This document shows, one piece after another, positions 1 through 9,527 of a stretch of 64,000 bases of DNA. The translations under genes were made by a program, and so were the position numbers. Numbering within the stretch: the first letter of the stretch is position 1; each line of letters starts with the position of its first letter. Below the pieces are notes generated by a model. It made no database searches, was not told the origin of the DNA, and saw only the letters and a list, made by a program, of their open reading frames with translations. This stretch comes from Ignavibacteriota bacterium (GTDB lineage Bacteria > Bacteroidota > Ignavibacteria > UBA10030), in NCBI GenBank assembly GCA_963701295.1, contig OY969585.1:1088001-1152000 (forward strand), read 5' to 3'.

Positions 1-613
1 TCATTTCACGGCAGCGGCGTTTAATCTGTGTTATCCAATCACGCTCCATCGGACGCGCACCCGGGCCTGATTCGCCGCCGACGATAACCCAATCGATTCC
101 TCTCAGCGGAAGTTTTGAGATAGGACCAAGCAATGGCTCTAAGGAAAGAAATCGAACAGCAGCAGGTACTTTGACCAGTTCATGGATCCGGTCTGTATAT
201 TTTTGAGATTCGACACTCACGCCCATCCAGACATTTTCAGGCCATGGAAGAAAAGGTGCTATGTGCACTAACCGATCCGATCTTTTTGTAAGTATCTGGA
301 ATGTGTGCCAATATGCGCGCCTCATGGTATCAAAGACTTTTACGATAAAATCGCAAGGAACATCTTTATGCAATAAATCGCTCATGGAATTGACAAAAAT
401 GACGCGCGGTTGTTTCCATTCGAGCGGCAATTCGACGATGTCTTCCTGAAGAGTTACCTTAAATCCATTTCGATAGCGCTGTGATCCCATTGCTTGAAGT
501 CGCATAGCCATACGCTCGGCATAGCAGTTCTTGCAGCCCGGACTGATTTTGCTGCAGCCAGTTACCGGGTTCCAGGTGGATTCTGTCCATTCGATACTAG
601 AATTTTGCGACAT
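1..613 (-). CDS. DUF5131 / phage Gp37-Gp68 family three-Cys-motif (radical-SAM-like) protein, 3' end outside window
   Basis: Manual translation from ATG at 613: [36 protein letters not shown]..., with the family's WNPVTGC-x6-C-x2-C-YA signature. Absent from the ORF track because its stop is outside the window. Confidence 0.92.
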   Translation of the reverse strand, partial: MSQNSSIEWTESTWNPVTGCSKISPGCKNCYAERMAMRLQAMGSQRYRNGFKVTLQEDIVELPLEWKQPRVIFVNSMSDLLHKDVPCDFIVKVFDTMRRAYWHTFQILTKRSDRLVHIAPFLPWPENVWMGVSVESQKYTDRIHELVKVPAAVRFLSLEPLLGPISKLPLRGIDWVIVGGESGPGARPMERDWITQIKRRCREM

Positions 614-618
614 ATCTT

Positions 619-1818
619 TTATCGTTTTACGAGTTTAACAAATTTTTCATCGGAAATTCGAACAGAACCATTTTCAGTAATAAGATCACCTGTTTCAAGC
701 AACTTTTTAATAGCTTCATTGTACTCACTTTTTGTAAACCGAGCAAATTGAGACTCAATAAATCGCTTTCGAAGTTCTGGCCTCTTCATCTGAATACTAT
801 AAGGATTATCTTCAGACTTGCATCGCTCATTTGCTATTCGAAATGCCTCTTGCAACATAAGTTGAGGTAAAGCCTCAATATCAGGTTGCATGCCACTATA
901 AAGAAATTCAGATGGTTCATTGTTCTCAAACAATGTGTCTACATTCTTGCATCTGATTTCTTCAAGCATTAATTCTCTCTTTGCTTTAATCATGACATCG
1001 TTCATTATTTCTATTGCAATTTGACTTTGAGAAGCAAAAATCAGAAAATATTTTACTTCTTCCCCCTTTAACCCAGTAGTCACAGGAAGAACACCTAACC
1101 ATTGAAAGATTTCTCGAAAAGATTCCAGATATTTTGATTGAATAATTTGTGGTTTATCATCGTCTGGAATTGATTCTGAATTCATAATATCTAACCACCA
1201 ATTTCCACCTAATGAATCTGTTACAATAGATGTAATTGTTTCAGCCTGTTTACGTAATGTGTCATTTTTAGAATGTAAGTTTTTACAAATTCCTGTAAGT
1301 CTTGGTATAGCTCGGTGGTTAAAATTGATCAGAAGTTCTGTACTTCCTTTCTTTGCCCGTTGAAACACTTGTAATAGCAGCCTCATCGATAATCCTTTTA
1401 TTCCAAAAGGATCTAAGAACATAAATAGAGGTATTTGCTGAGGCAAATTTTTTAATAGAAACAGTCCAACATCTGCAGCTTCACCCGGTATAACATTGAC
1501 TATTCCTTGATCAATAAATTCATGAAGATTGTTCTTCAATTGTTCTCGATCTTCATCATTAATCTCCGCTAAAACAACACGATTATTAAAGCCTAGCTTC
1601 TGTCGATAAATACGTGCAAGATTGGCGATGATCATTGGAGAACCATCGGAACCATCGTCGAACTTCCCCTTGCCGGCAAATAAGTCAGCAACTATTGCTG
1701 GAGATCTATATTTTTGATTAACTTTTGGAAAATATTCTAAGAGGTAGTTTTTAAGAATCTTGTACTTTATGAGAGACCAAGAACGCGGCCGTTCAAAAAA
1801 AGAGTCTGATGTAATCAT
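619..1818 (-). CDS. tcmP: Three-Cys-motif partner protein (TcmP family, SAM-methyltransferase-like fold)
   Basis: [32 protein letters not shown] and ELLINF motifs; directly upstream of DUF5131, its usual partner. Confidence 0.85.
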   Translation of the reverse strand: MITSDSFFERPRSWSLIKYKILKNYLLEYFPKVNQKYRSPAIVADLFAGKGKFDDGSDGSPMIIANLARIYRQKLGFNNRVVLAEINDEDREQLKNNLHEFIDQGIVNVIPGEAADVGLFLLKNLPQQIPLFMFLDPFGIKGLSMRLLLQVFQRAKKGSTELLINFNHRAIPRLTGICKNLHSKNDTLRKQAETITSIVTDSLGGNWWLDIMNSESIPDDDKPQIIQSKYLESFREIFQWLGVLPVTTGLKGEEVKYFLIFASQSQIAIEIMNDVMIKAKRELMLEEIRCKNVDTLFENNEPSEFLYSGMQPDIEALPQLMLQEAFRIANERCKSEDNPYSIQMKRPELRKRFIESQFARFTKSEYNEAIKKLLETGDLITENGSVRISDEKFVKLVKR

Positions 1819-1941
1819 ATTGGCGTAATAAATATTACAACTAATTTAATTCATTCTCTATTCATATCCGATCTTTCTATGTTCTCACATACATTTTTAA
1901 CCATCATTATCACACGCCACATGAAGCTTCTATAATGTCCA

Positions 1942-2373
1942 TCATCCTGGTCGTTTCTTCTTCCCGCAATCAATACAATATCCTTTATGAACACAAATTG
2001 TACCTCCACATTGAGAGCAAGTCCATTTTACATCTTCATTCTTTAAAAATTTTCTAATACCGAGATTTTTAATATTTTCAAGATTTTCAATCATGCTCAT
2101 ATCGTATTTGGTTCGGTATCTTGTATCCAGATGCTTCAAATTGTCGCAGGGGAAATTACTGCATTCAAAACAAAATTTTGCTCTTCCGGTTCGAAAATTT
2201 GTGCAGTTCTTGATTTTACATCGAACACGGGTAACCGGTTTATTCGCGTTCGCTCCTCTGCAGCCGGGACATTTATTTTTCTCTCTCAGATAAGCCATGC
2301 AAATGCCGCAGTTCATTCCGCAAGGAGCTATAAGAGAAAACTTATTCAAGGATTCCATTTTCTCCTTTTTCAC
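1942..2373 (-). CDS. DUF3795 family Cys-rich putative Fe-S/Zn protein
   Basis: APCGMNCGIC..CPGC..CKIKNC..CFECSNFPC plus C-terminal CSQCGG..C..CIDC. Its start overlaps the repressor stop. Confidence 0.8.
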   Translation of the reverse strand: MKKEKMESLNKFSLIAPCGMNCGICMAYLREKNKCPGCRGANANKPVTRVRCKIKNCTNFRTGRAKFCFECSNFPCDNLKHLDTRYRTKYDMSMIENLENIKNLGIRKFLKNEDVKWTCSQCGGTICVHKGYCIDCGKKKRPG

Positions 2374-3026
2374 ACACTCTTAATCACTTTTATAACGCGC
2401 CACATGAAAGTCACATCTTTCTTGTGTACCGCCATTGGTTCGTATTCGGGATTGAGTGGAATCAAGTGTACAAATTGTTCGTCAATTTTTATCCGTTTTA
2501 CAGTATCCTCTTCATCCACGCGCACCACGCAGATGTCGCCGCTTCGCACTTCTAATTTTGGCGTTACCACAATGATGTCGCCGTTCTCGATGCGGGGCGC
2601 CATGCTGTTTCCCTTTACTTCGAGTGCGAACGCATTTGGGTCGCGCACATTGTCCACCGTGATGTATCGCTCTGCCTGATCGGAATGAAACCGCTGGCTC
2701 AATGCACCGGCCGGCACCGATGCAAGCAAGGGAAGCGAAACGAGTTCTACTTTTTTATAACGGTTTGTTGGCAATGGTATGACCTTGGATTTGTGCTGTT
2801 CAGCAGGAACCATCTCTCCTTCACCGCTCAGCAGCCAATGAGCCGCGACTCCGGTCGCTTTGGCAATGCGCATGAGATAATTACTGTCGGGCACCTGATC
2901 GCCTTTTTCCCATCGCTGAACAGTGCGTGTAGCAATATCGATCTTTGCGGCAAGATCAGCCTGGTCAAATTGTTTTAACAACCGCGCTTCGCGGATACGT
3001 TGTGCAATTGTAGGTTTCATAAGCAT
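2370..3026 (-). CDS. XRE-HTH + S24 peptidase repressor (CI/LexA-like, autocleavable)
   Basis: HTH IAQRIREARLLKQFDQADLAAKIDIATRTVQRWEKG, Ala-Gly cleavage site VPAG, catalytic GNSM (Ser) and TVKR (Lys). Start re-called at 3026/3020 rather than 3149. Confidence 0.92.
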   Translation of the reverse strand: MLMKPTIAQRIREARLLKQFDQADLAAKIDIATRTVQRWEKGDQVPDSNYLMRIAKATGVAAHWLLSGEGEMVPAEQHKSKVIPLPTNRYKKVELVSLPLLASVPAGALSQRFHSDQAERYITVDNVRDPNAFALEVKGNSMAPRIENGDIIVVTPKLEVRSGDICVVRVDEEDTVKRIKIDEQFVHLIPLNPEYEPMAVHKKDVTFMWRVIKVIKSV

Positions 3027-3033
3027 TCTCCAA

Positions 3034-3049
3034 ACGACATAAATGTCAT
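3034..3049. promoter_or_regulatory. Candidate operator 1, ACGACA-TAAA-TGTCAT
   Basis: Near-perfect inverted repeat just upstream of the repressor start; same motif as 3143-3158. Confidence 0.7.
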
Positions 3050-3053
3050 AACC

Positions 3054-3083
3054 AAAATAATGCTTTTTATCCCATATTGTCAA
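3054..3083 (-). promoter_or_regulatory. Sigma70 promoter of the repressor gene
   Basis: Minus strand TTGACA (3083-3078), 18-bp spacer, TATTTT (3059-3054). Confidence 0.6.
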
Positions 3084-3134
3084 TAGCTTTATAATAGAGC
3101 AGAAAACAACAGCGGGCTGTGCTGGAATCACTTC

Positions 3135-3163
3135 TTGACAAGACGACAAAAATGTCGTATTGT
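3135..3163 (+). promoter_or_regulatory. Sigma70 promoter of the PolB2 operon, with operator 2 (ACGACA-AAAA-TGTCGT, 3143-3158) in the spacer
   Basis: TTGACA 3135-3140, 17-bp spacer, TATTGT 3158-3163; the spacer holds a perfect 6-4-6 palindrome. Confidence 0.8.
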
Positions 3164-3174
3164 CTTATAAATAC

Positions 3175-3966
3175 ATGAGCAAGATAATCAACATAATACC
3201 CGCTGCGCGCCAACGCCGGTACCCCGCTCCGCCGCCAACCGTGGACCTGCATGATAGTGCGATTCCCATTCGCTCTGAACGGATGATTCATGCCTTTGCA
3301 AACAAACCGGGCAAGGTATTTCTGTTGTACGGCGAGCGGGCTATTTTTCAGTTGTCGCTTCAGATGGCCGCGCATACGATGGTTCAGGGAAATCCTATTG
3401 CCGTTGTAGACGGCTGCAACCGTTTCGATGTGCACGCGCTTTCACGATTTGCCCGCGTGCGGAAAATCGATCCGAACAAATTTCTCAATCATATTTTTAT
3501 CTCGCGCGGCTTCACGTGTTATCAAATGGAACAGGCAATTGCGCACAAACTGCCGGCGTTTCTTGCAACCATCCATTCGAACACTGCACTGGTTTTTGGA
3601 CTGCTTGATACCTTCTACGACGAACAAGCATCTCTGCGTGAGGTGCAGCAGATTCTTCAGAGACTGCTCGGCTCGTTTCAAGAAATGAAATCGAAAGGAG
3701 TCTCGCTCTTGCTGGTGTGTTTAGAAAGGACCGTCGCGCCGCAGGAACGCAATCAGTTGTTTACGACATTAAAGAATGGCGTCGACCGTGTGTACAAACT
3801 CGATATCAATGAACGCGGTACACTTCAGCTCTATTTAGAATCTCAACAGCCTGTGCACGAACAAATAAAAGGAGCATTGAATTATGGGACGAACCGTACC
3901 CACCTTCACCAACCTGATCGATGCGGAACTGGCAAGCTGGTCAAAATTCCGCCGCGGACTGCGTAA
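3175..3966 (+). CDS. Inactivated RadA/RecA-like ATPase (iRadA / ImuA-like)
   Basis: VFLLYGE with no Walker A Lys, VVDGCNRFDVH, IFISRGFTCYQM, LLDTFYDE; first gene of the PolB2 operon. Confidence 0.8.
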   Translation: MSKIINIIPAARQRRYPAPPPTVDLHDSAIPIRSERMIHAFANKPGKVFLLYGERAIFQLSLQMAAHTMVQGNPIAVVDGCNRFDVHALSRFARVRKIDPNKFLNHIFISRGFTCYQMEQAIAHKLPAFLATIHSNTALVFGLLDTFYDEQASLREVQQILQRLLGSFQEMKSKGVSLLLVCLERTVAPQERNQLFTTLKNGVDRVYKLDINERGTLQLYLESQQPVHEQIKGALNYGTNRTHLHQPDRCGTGKLVKIPPRTA

Positions 3967-4138
3967 AGACGATCAGGAAGTTTTCGACGAAATTTTCCGC
4001 GCCGCAAAACTGCACCTGGCAGAAAATTTTTATGCGATGCGGGCTGTTCCGTTCGAAAGCATGATGATGTCGATTGTCGTGGAACAGCAGAAAGCGATTC
4101 GAAGATTGGAAGAAGAAGGAAAGAAAATAAGAAGTTGA
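3884..4138 (+). CDS. Small helical PolB2 partner protein (arCOG07300/PPB2-like)
   Basis: MGRTVPTF..E...WSKFRRGLRKDDQEVFD...PFESMMMSI; SD AAAGGAG upstream; lies between iRadA and PolB2. Confidence 0.8.
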   Translation: MGRTVPTFTNLIDAELASWSKFRRGLRKDDQEVFDEIFRAAKLHLAENFYAMRAVPFESMMMSIVVEQQKAIRRLEEEGKKIRS

Positions 4139-4249
4139 GTAGATGAGTCTATGAGCAATTTAGCCAATGAGCCGTTGAGCCTATAAGTAGTTGAGCATGA
4201 AAAAAATCAGTTTTCAATCTGAAATCTCCAATCTAAAATCTCCAATCTC
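4134..4249 (+). repeat. Degenerate 8-mer tandem array (nnTGAGyn x8) followed by a 7-mer array ((C/A)AATCT(G/C/A) x5)
   Basis: gttgagta gatgagtc tatgagca atttagcc aatgagcc gttgagcc tataagta gttgagca; then caatctg aaatctc caatcta aaatctc caatctc. Confidence 0.75.
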
Positions 4250-6530
4250 TGCCTGGCTGTTCGATGTGTATCCGTCTGAACGCGGCGTCACACTCTGGTT
4301 TATCGGCCGGAACGGTGTACGGCTGCGCTGTTTCCGCACTTTTACGCCGTCATTCTTTCTTCATTTGAATAATTCCGACGCCAAACGTGCGGCGGTTCTT
4401 GCCGACCGGTGCCCTGTTCCGATTTCGCTTTCTCCTACGATGCGCACGGAAATTTACTCCGGCGATTCCATCAATGTGCTGCAAGTCTTTGTTCATGATC
4501 CGATGCGGTTCAAGGAAGTTGTATGGTACTTCGAGAAATTTTTTCCACATTTTGCATTTTTCAATTCTGATGTTTCCGTAGAACAGCAATTTCTGTATGA
4601 AACGCAGTTGTTTCCGCTGGCACTTGGCGAGTATGAGGTCGGTAAGGAAGGTGAACTTCTCTCCTGGCATCTCAATGACAACCGTGAAGCGCCGGAATAT
4701 GAACTGCCGCCGTTTTCCATTATGCAGCTTCGCAACAGCAATGATTTCGTGCCGCCGAAGTACCAGAAGTTTCTGCAGTTAGAGATCAGTTACGAAAACC
4801 GTACGTATGCTTTAGAACAGGATTCACCGCGCGAACTGCTCGAAGCGTTCAACTGGCATCTTCATCATTATGATCCCGACTTGCTTGTTACCGATTACGG
4901 CGATGCGGTTCTTCTTCCGAAGATCCTACAGCTTTCCAAACAGTTCAACATTCCTTTGCTTCTCAATCGAGACGCCGAGGCACAGCACCGCACGACGAAG
5001 GAATCAAGTTTCTTTCAGTACGGAAAAATTGTCCACAAAGATGGTGCATTCACGCTCGCGGGGCGCTGGCATGTCGATGCGAACAATTCTTTTACCGTGA
5101 GCGAAGCTGATCTCGACGGATTATTTGAGATGACGCGTCTGACACAAATGTGCGGACAGCGGCAAGGACGCGCGAGCATCGGCACGTCAATGTCATCGAT
5201 GCAGCTTTCGTGGGCGTACCGCAATAATGTGCTTATTCCGTCGAAGAAACGTGAACCGGAGGAGTTCAAGTCAGCCGCAACACTGCTGCTTGCCGACCGC
5301 GGCGGACTTATTTTTAATCCTCCGCTTGGGTACCACGAAGATGTTGCGGAACTCGATTTCGTCTCGATGTACCCAAGCATTATGGTGAACAACAATGTCT
5401 CGCCGGAGACGGTGAACTGCCGATGCTGCCATAATGAAACAGTGCCAGAACTTGGATATACGATCTGCGAGAAGCGTAAAGGTGTGGTTCCGGAAACACT
5501 TCGCGCTGTTGTCGCCAAACGTGCGTATTACAAACGGATGAAAAAAAAATTCAAGGGAAAAGATGAAGTGCTTTTTAAGCGGTACGATTGCCGGCAAAGT
5601 GCGCTCAAGTGGATGCTGGTAAGCTGCTTCGGCTATCTTGGCTACAAGAACGCCCGCTTCGGACGCATCGAGGCACACGAATCGGTCAATGCCTTTTCGC
5701 GGGATGCCATTCTCACTGCAAAAGAAATTGCCGAGAGCCGCGGCTACAAGCTTCTCCATGCTATTATCGATTGTGTGTGGCTGAAAAAGCCCGGCGCGAC
5801 ACAGGACGATTACGAAGAACTTGCACATGAAATTTCCACACGTGTCGGTATCGATATTTCGCTGGAAGGCATGTACAACTGGATTCTTTTTCCCTCATCC
5901 AAAACAGATCCGCAGATTACTACCGCAAATCACTATGTGGGATGGTACCGGCATGGTGACATCAAAATGCGCGGTATCGAGGCGCGGCGGCGCGATACGC
6001 CGAAATTTATTAAAAACATGCAGAAAGCAATGCTGGATAAAATGTCCGCCGCAAAGAATGTCGAGGAAGTATCGACACTCGTGCCGGAAGTATTGGAGAT
6101 CGCACGGGGCTTCATGGTACTCCTCCAAAGTGGACGTGCAAACCCGATGGAGCTTGTTCTCAAGCGCCACATCACGCGCGAGGCCGATGAATATCTTAAT
6201 AACAGCATCAATGCGGTTGTTTCCAAGATGGTAGAAGAAATGGGAGTACACCTCTCGGCAGGCGAGTCGATCGAGTTCATTATTCTCGATCAATCTGGCA
6301 AGAAAAAGCCCGAAAGAGCTAAACCTCTTGCTCTCTATGCTTTCGAGGACGGCTACGATATTGAGCAGTATACCGAGCTTGCTTTACGGGCTGTGGAAAC
6401 GCTTCTCCTTCCCTTTGGCTACGATGTACAACAGTTGAAAACGCATTTTAGAATCGGTATGCCAAAACAAAAGCGTCTGCAGGTACCCCAAAAAAGTCAG
6501 GAACTTCCATTGTTCCAAATCCAGATCTAA
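4197..6530 (+). CDS. Family B DNA polymerase, PolB2/Dpo2 group
   Basis: Motif A ELDFVSMYPSIM, motif B KWMLVSCFGYLG, motif C reduced to HAIIDCVW (typical of B2), KMRGIEARRRD; exonuclease motifs degenerate. Confidence 0.9.
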   Translation: MKKISFQSEISNLKSPISAWLFDVYPSERGVTLWFIGRNGVRLRCFRTFTPSFFLHLNNSDAKRAAVLADRCPVPISLSPTMRTEIYSGDSINVLQVFVHDPMRFKEVVWYFEKFFPHFAFFNSDVSVEQQFLYETQLFPLALGEYEVGKEGELLSWHLNDNREAPEYELPPFSIMQLRNSNDFVPPKYQKFLQLEISYENRTYALEQDSPRELLEAFNWHLHHYDPDLLVTDYGDAVLLPKILQLSKQFNIPLLLNRDAEAQHRTTKESSFFQYGKIVHKDGAFTLAGRWHVDANNSFTVSEADLDGLFEMTRLTQMCGQRQGRASIGTSMSSMQLSWAYRNNVLIPSKKREPEEFKSAATLLLADRGGLIFNPPLGYHEDVAELDFVSMYPSIMVNNNVSPETVNCRCCHNETVPELGYTICEKRKGVVPETLRAVVAKRAYYKRMKKKFKGKDEVLFKRYDCRQSALKWMLVSCFGYLGYKNARFGRIEAHESVNAFSRDAILTAKEIAESRGYKLLHAIIDCVWLKKPGATQDDYEELAHEISTRVGIDISLEGMYNWILFPSSKTDPQITTANHYVGWYRHGDIKMRGIEARRRDTPKFIKNMQKAMLDKMSAAKNVEEVSTLVPEVLEIARGFMVLLQSGRANPMELVLKRHITREADEYLNNSINAVVSKMVEEMGVHLSAGESIEFIILDQSGKKKPERAKPLALYAFEDGYDIEQYTELALRAVETLLLPFGYDVQQLKTHFRIGMPKQKRLQVPQKSQELPLFQIQI

Positions 6531-6689
6531 TTTCGAGAAGACAATCTATTTCTCTGAGATGATTATACAAAACAAGATTTGAATTTCAGGTGATCTCAGA
6601 TTATCTTCCAGAACAACAAATTATGCAACTTTAACACTTCACATGCCGTCATGTTGCATAATGCTATTTCAAGAACACAAGGTGAATCC

Positions 6690-8359
6690 ATGAAGAACGC
6701 AATGATATTTCTTTTCGCAATAATGCTGTTCGTACCGTTTCTTTTCACAGACGCTCAATCGAACCGAGAGAACCTCAACAATGATAATGTAGGTGAACGT
6801 CTTGGAAACGAAATTGAACAACTTGTTGACAAAATAACACAACGGTGGAGCATCCAAAATGACTTCGAGCAGGATGTGAAAAAGGACACTCTTCCGCCAC
6901 AATCCCGAAGATCACCCGATATTATCGACAGTGAAACTGACGGAAATGCACAAACATTTTCCGGCGATAAAATCGTTCAAGAGTCAGATACGATTAACGG
7001 CAATATCATTGTCAAAGGCGGAAATCTGACAGTCTATGGCGTAGTCAATGGCGACGTGCTGGTGGTCGGCGGTGATTTGCGTTTAAAACGCACCGGCAAG
7101 ATCACCGGTAATCCACGTGTTGTTGATGGAAGCATTCTGAAAGACGAAGGCTCGGTTATCGAAGGATCTGAAGAGAAAACAAGTTATCGTGAAACGCGCA
7201 AAAAGTTTTCACAATCAAGCCGAACATTTGATGTCTTATGGCGAACTGAGCAGACGAACTGGGATAATTATATTTTCCGATATAACCGCGTGGAAAGTAT
7301 TTTTCTCGGCCTCGGGACGGAAAAAAAATATTATTGGGATGGTGAAAAAGTTTGGAATGCATACGGTTCCATCGGTTGGGGATTTAAATCGCATACGTGG
7401 CGTAGCAATTTGGGATTAGTGCGGCAGTTTGCCCTTGTTTCCGATGAAGGATCTGGAATTATTGAACTTGGAGCAGAAGGATATACTCTCACCGATACGA
7501 AAGACCAATGGATTATTTCGCAAAACGAAAACACAGCATCAGCCTTACTGATTCATGAAGATTTTCGTAATTACTTTGAGCGCAAGGGTCTCACAATCCA
7601 TACAGCGTACTATTTGAAACATGACTATTGGAAGGGTGAATTGACACTGGCATATCTGGCGGATTCTTACGATTCTCTAACAAACAAAGTCGATTGGGCG
7701 TTATTTGGCGGTAGTAAAAAGTTTCGTGCAAATCCTGCCATTGACCCGGGCAAGATGCGCAGTGTGATGCTGAGTGGTGGCATCAGGTACCTGTGACCAA
7801 GACAAGCCGAGCACAAGAAGGATGGTGTTTGTTTGGTTCCGCCGAGTTTGCTAAAAAAAACTGGGGAAGCGAATTTGAATTCTATCAATATATGTTCGAT
7901 TTACGACGTTTCCAACCGTTGGGACGATATGAGAATTTTAACGTGCGTGTACGCGTAGGTACTGCAACCGGTGCGCTCCCGCTGCAGAAAGAGTACGAGT
8001 TAGGCGGATTGGGAACGATGAATGCATTTCCTTTCAAGTCGGACATTGGCAACCGGATGATGCTTGTGAATATGGAATTCATTTTGAACGGCAATGTTCT
8101 GGACGATTTGAATTTTTGGCCGACATGGCTTTTTCAATATGTGAATATCATCCTTACCTCGGATGCCGGATTCACACGTTCTGTTCCTCCGTGTGATGGC
8201 GCGGCCCAGGCATTCGGCGGAATGAAGTTGAATGAATTTCAGCACGACTTTGGCGTGGCATTAGGAAACCGGGCCGGCACCTACAGGATTGGATTTGCAT
8301 GGCGAACAGACCGGCCAGCCCCGGTACAGTTTCTTCTCAGGTTTAGCAGGCCATTCTAA
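6690..8359 (+). CDS. Outer-membrane beta-barrel protein with an N-terminal beta-helix (bactofilin-like) segment, split by a frameshift near 7786-7791
   Basis: Signal peptide; GNIIVKGGNLTVYGVVNGDVLVVGG repeats; RYNRVE; LGGLGTM..F (Omp85-like); terminal Phe. ORFs 6651-7796 and 7793-8359 appear to be one gene. Confidence 0.65.
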
Positions 8360-8433
8360 AAAGATAACCATCCTACAACCTTCTGCAAGAAGCGGAATGG
8401 AGCGAACCATTCAATAGTTATGTGAATTTTTTA

Positions 8434-8471
8434 CTTGCATAATTATCCATATTATTGTATATTCATACAAG
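8434..8471 (+). promoter_or_regulatory. Tandem ARG boxes overlapping the arg operon promoter
   Basis: Cores TGCATAATTATCCA (8436-8449) and TGTATATTCATACA (8456-8469); the 18-bp boxes are 2 bp apart. TTGCAT-17-TATATT promoter at 8435-8463; argR is in the operon. Confidence 0.8.
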
Positions 8472-8510
8472 TAGCAAGATCAAGAAACTGAAGGGAAAAA
8501 CACTCAAACA

Positions 8511-9527
8511 ATGATTTCCGTTTCTGTGGTTGGCGCGTCAGGATATTCCGGCGCTGAACTTATAAGACTTCTCATGAAGCATCCCGGTGTGCAGATCGAT
8601 AAACTCTTCGCGCATACTTCTGCAGGGAAGAAGCTTGCCGATATCCTTCCTTCATTCGGCAAAACGCTAAATATCATTCTTGAATCGTACTCCGTTGAAT
8701 CTATCGCCAAGAGCGATCTGATTTTTATTGCTCTGCCGTCGGGTGAGGCAATGAATCTTGTTCCGGGCATGCTGTCGGCAGGAAAACGAGTGATCGATCT
8801 CGGCGGCGACTTTCGCTTGCAAGATACTTCACTCTATGAGCAGTATTACAAACGTACGCACTCAGCAAGCACGACGTTGAAACAAGCGGTGTACGGTTTA
8901 CCTGAATGGAATTTTAACCTAATCAAATCAGCTGCTCTCGTTGCGAATCCAGGTTGTTACCCAACAAGCGCCATTCTTCCGCTTGCTCCGTTATTGAAGG
9001 AAAGTATTATTGAACACAAAGGAATTGCTGTGAGTTCGCTTTCCGGTGTCTCCGGTGCTGGAAAAAGCGCGTCTGTCGACATGTCGTTCGCGGAAGTGAA
9101 CGAATCGGTTCGAGCATATAAAGTTGGTGTACATCAGCATTTTCCGGAAATTCGGTCAGTTTTAAAGATCCTATCGGGCGTACCGCCTTCGTTCTCGTTT
9201 GTGCCACACCTTCTTCCGATAACGCGCGGCATCTACACGACCATCTTTGCGACATTGTTGAAACAACTCGACGACCAAGCGATACTTGCCATCTATGAAA
9301 AATATTATAGGAAAGCGCCGTTTGTTCGTTGCGCGGCGTCAGCAATTCCAGAAGTGAAGAATGTTAATTATACAAATTTTATCGATATCGGATTCCGTGT
9401 TAATCAGGAAGACAGACAGATCGTTGTCCTTTCCGCTATCGATAACCTGATCAAAGGTGCGGCGGGACAGGCAATACAAAATATGAATATCATGTTTGGA
9501 TTTGAGGAAACAGAAGGATTGAAGTAA
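8511..9527 (+). CDS. argC: N-acetyl-gamma-glutamyl-phosphate reductase
   Basis: VGASGYSGAEL, ANPGCYPT, SGVSGAG, DNLIKGAAGQA. Confidence 0.97.
   Translation: MISVSVVGASGYSGAELIRLLMKHPGVQIDKLFAHTSAGKKLADILPSFGKTLNIILESYSVESIAKSDLIFIALPSGEAMNLVPGMLSAGKRVIDLGGDFRLQDTSLYEQYYKRTHSASTTLKQAVYGLPEWNFNLIKSAALVANPGCYPTSAILPLAPLLKESIIEHKGIAVSSLSGVSGAGKSASVDMSFAEVNESVRAYKVGVHQHFPEIRSVLKILSGVPPSFSFVPHLLPITRGIYTTIFATLLKQLDDQAILAIYEKYYRKAPFVRCAASAIPEVKNVNYTNFIDIGFRVNQEDRQIVVLSAIDNLIKGAAGQAIQNMNIMFGFEETEGLK

Noticed and set aside
4134-4197. CRISPR array
   Set aside because: Units are 8 bp with no spacers, and there are no cas genes.
1-6530. Prophage, suggested by the CI-like repressor and phage Gp37/Gp68 family gene
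   Set aside because: No integrase, structural or lysis genes in the window; the repressor faces a repair operon.
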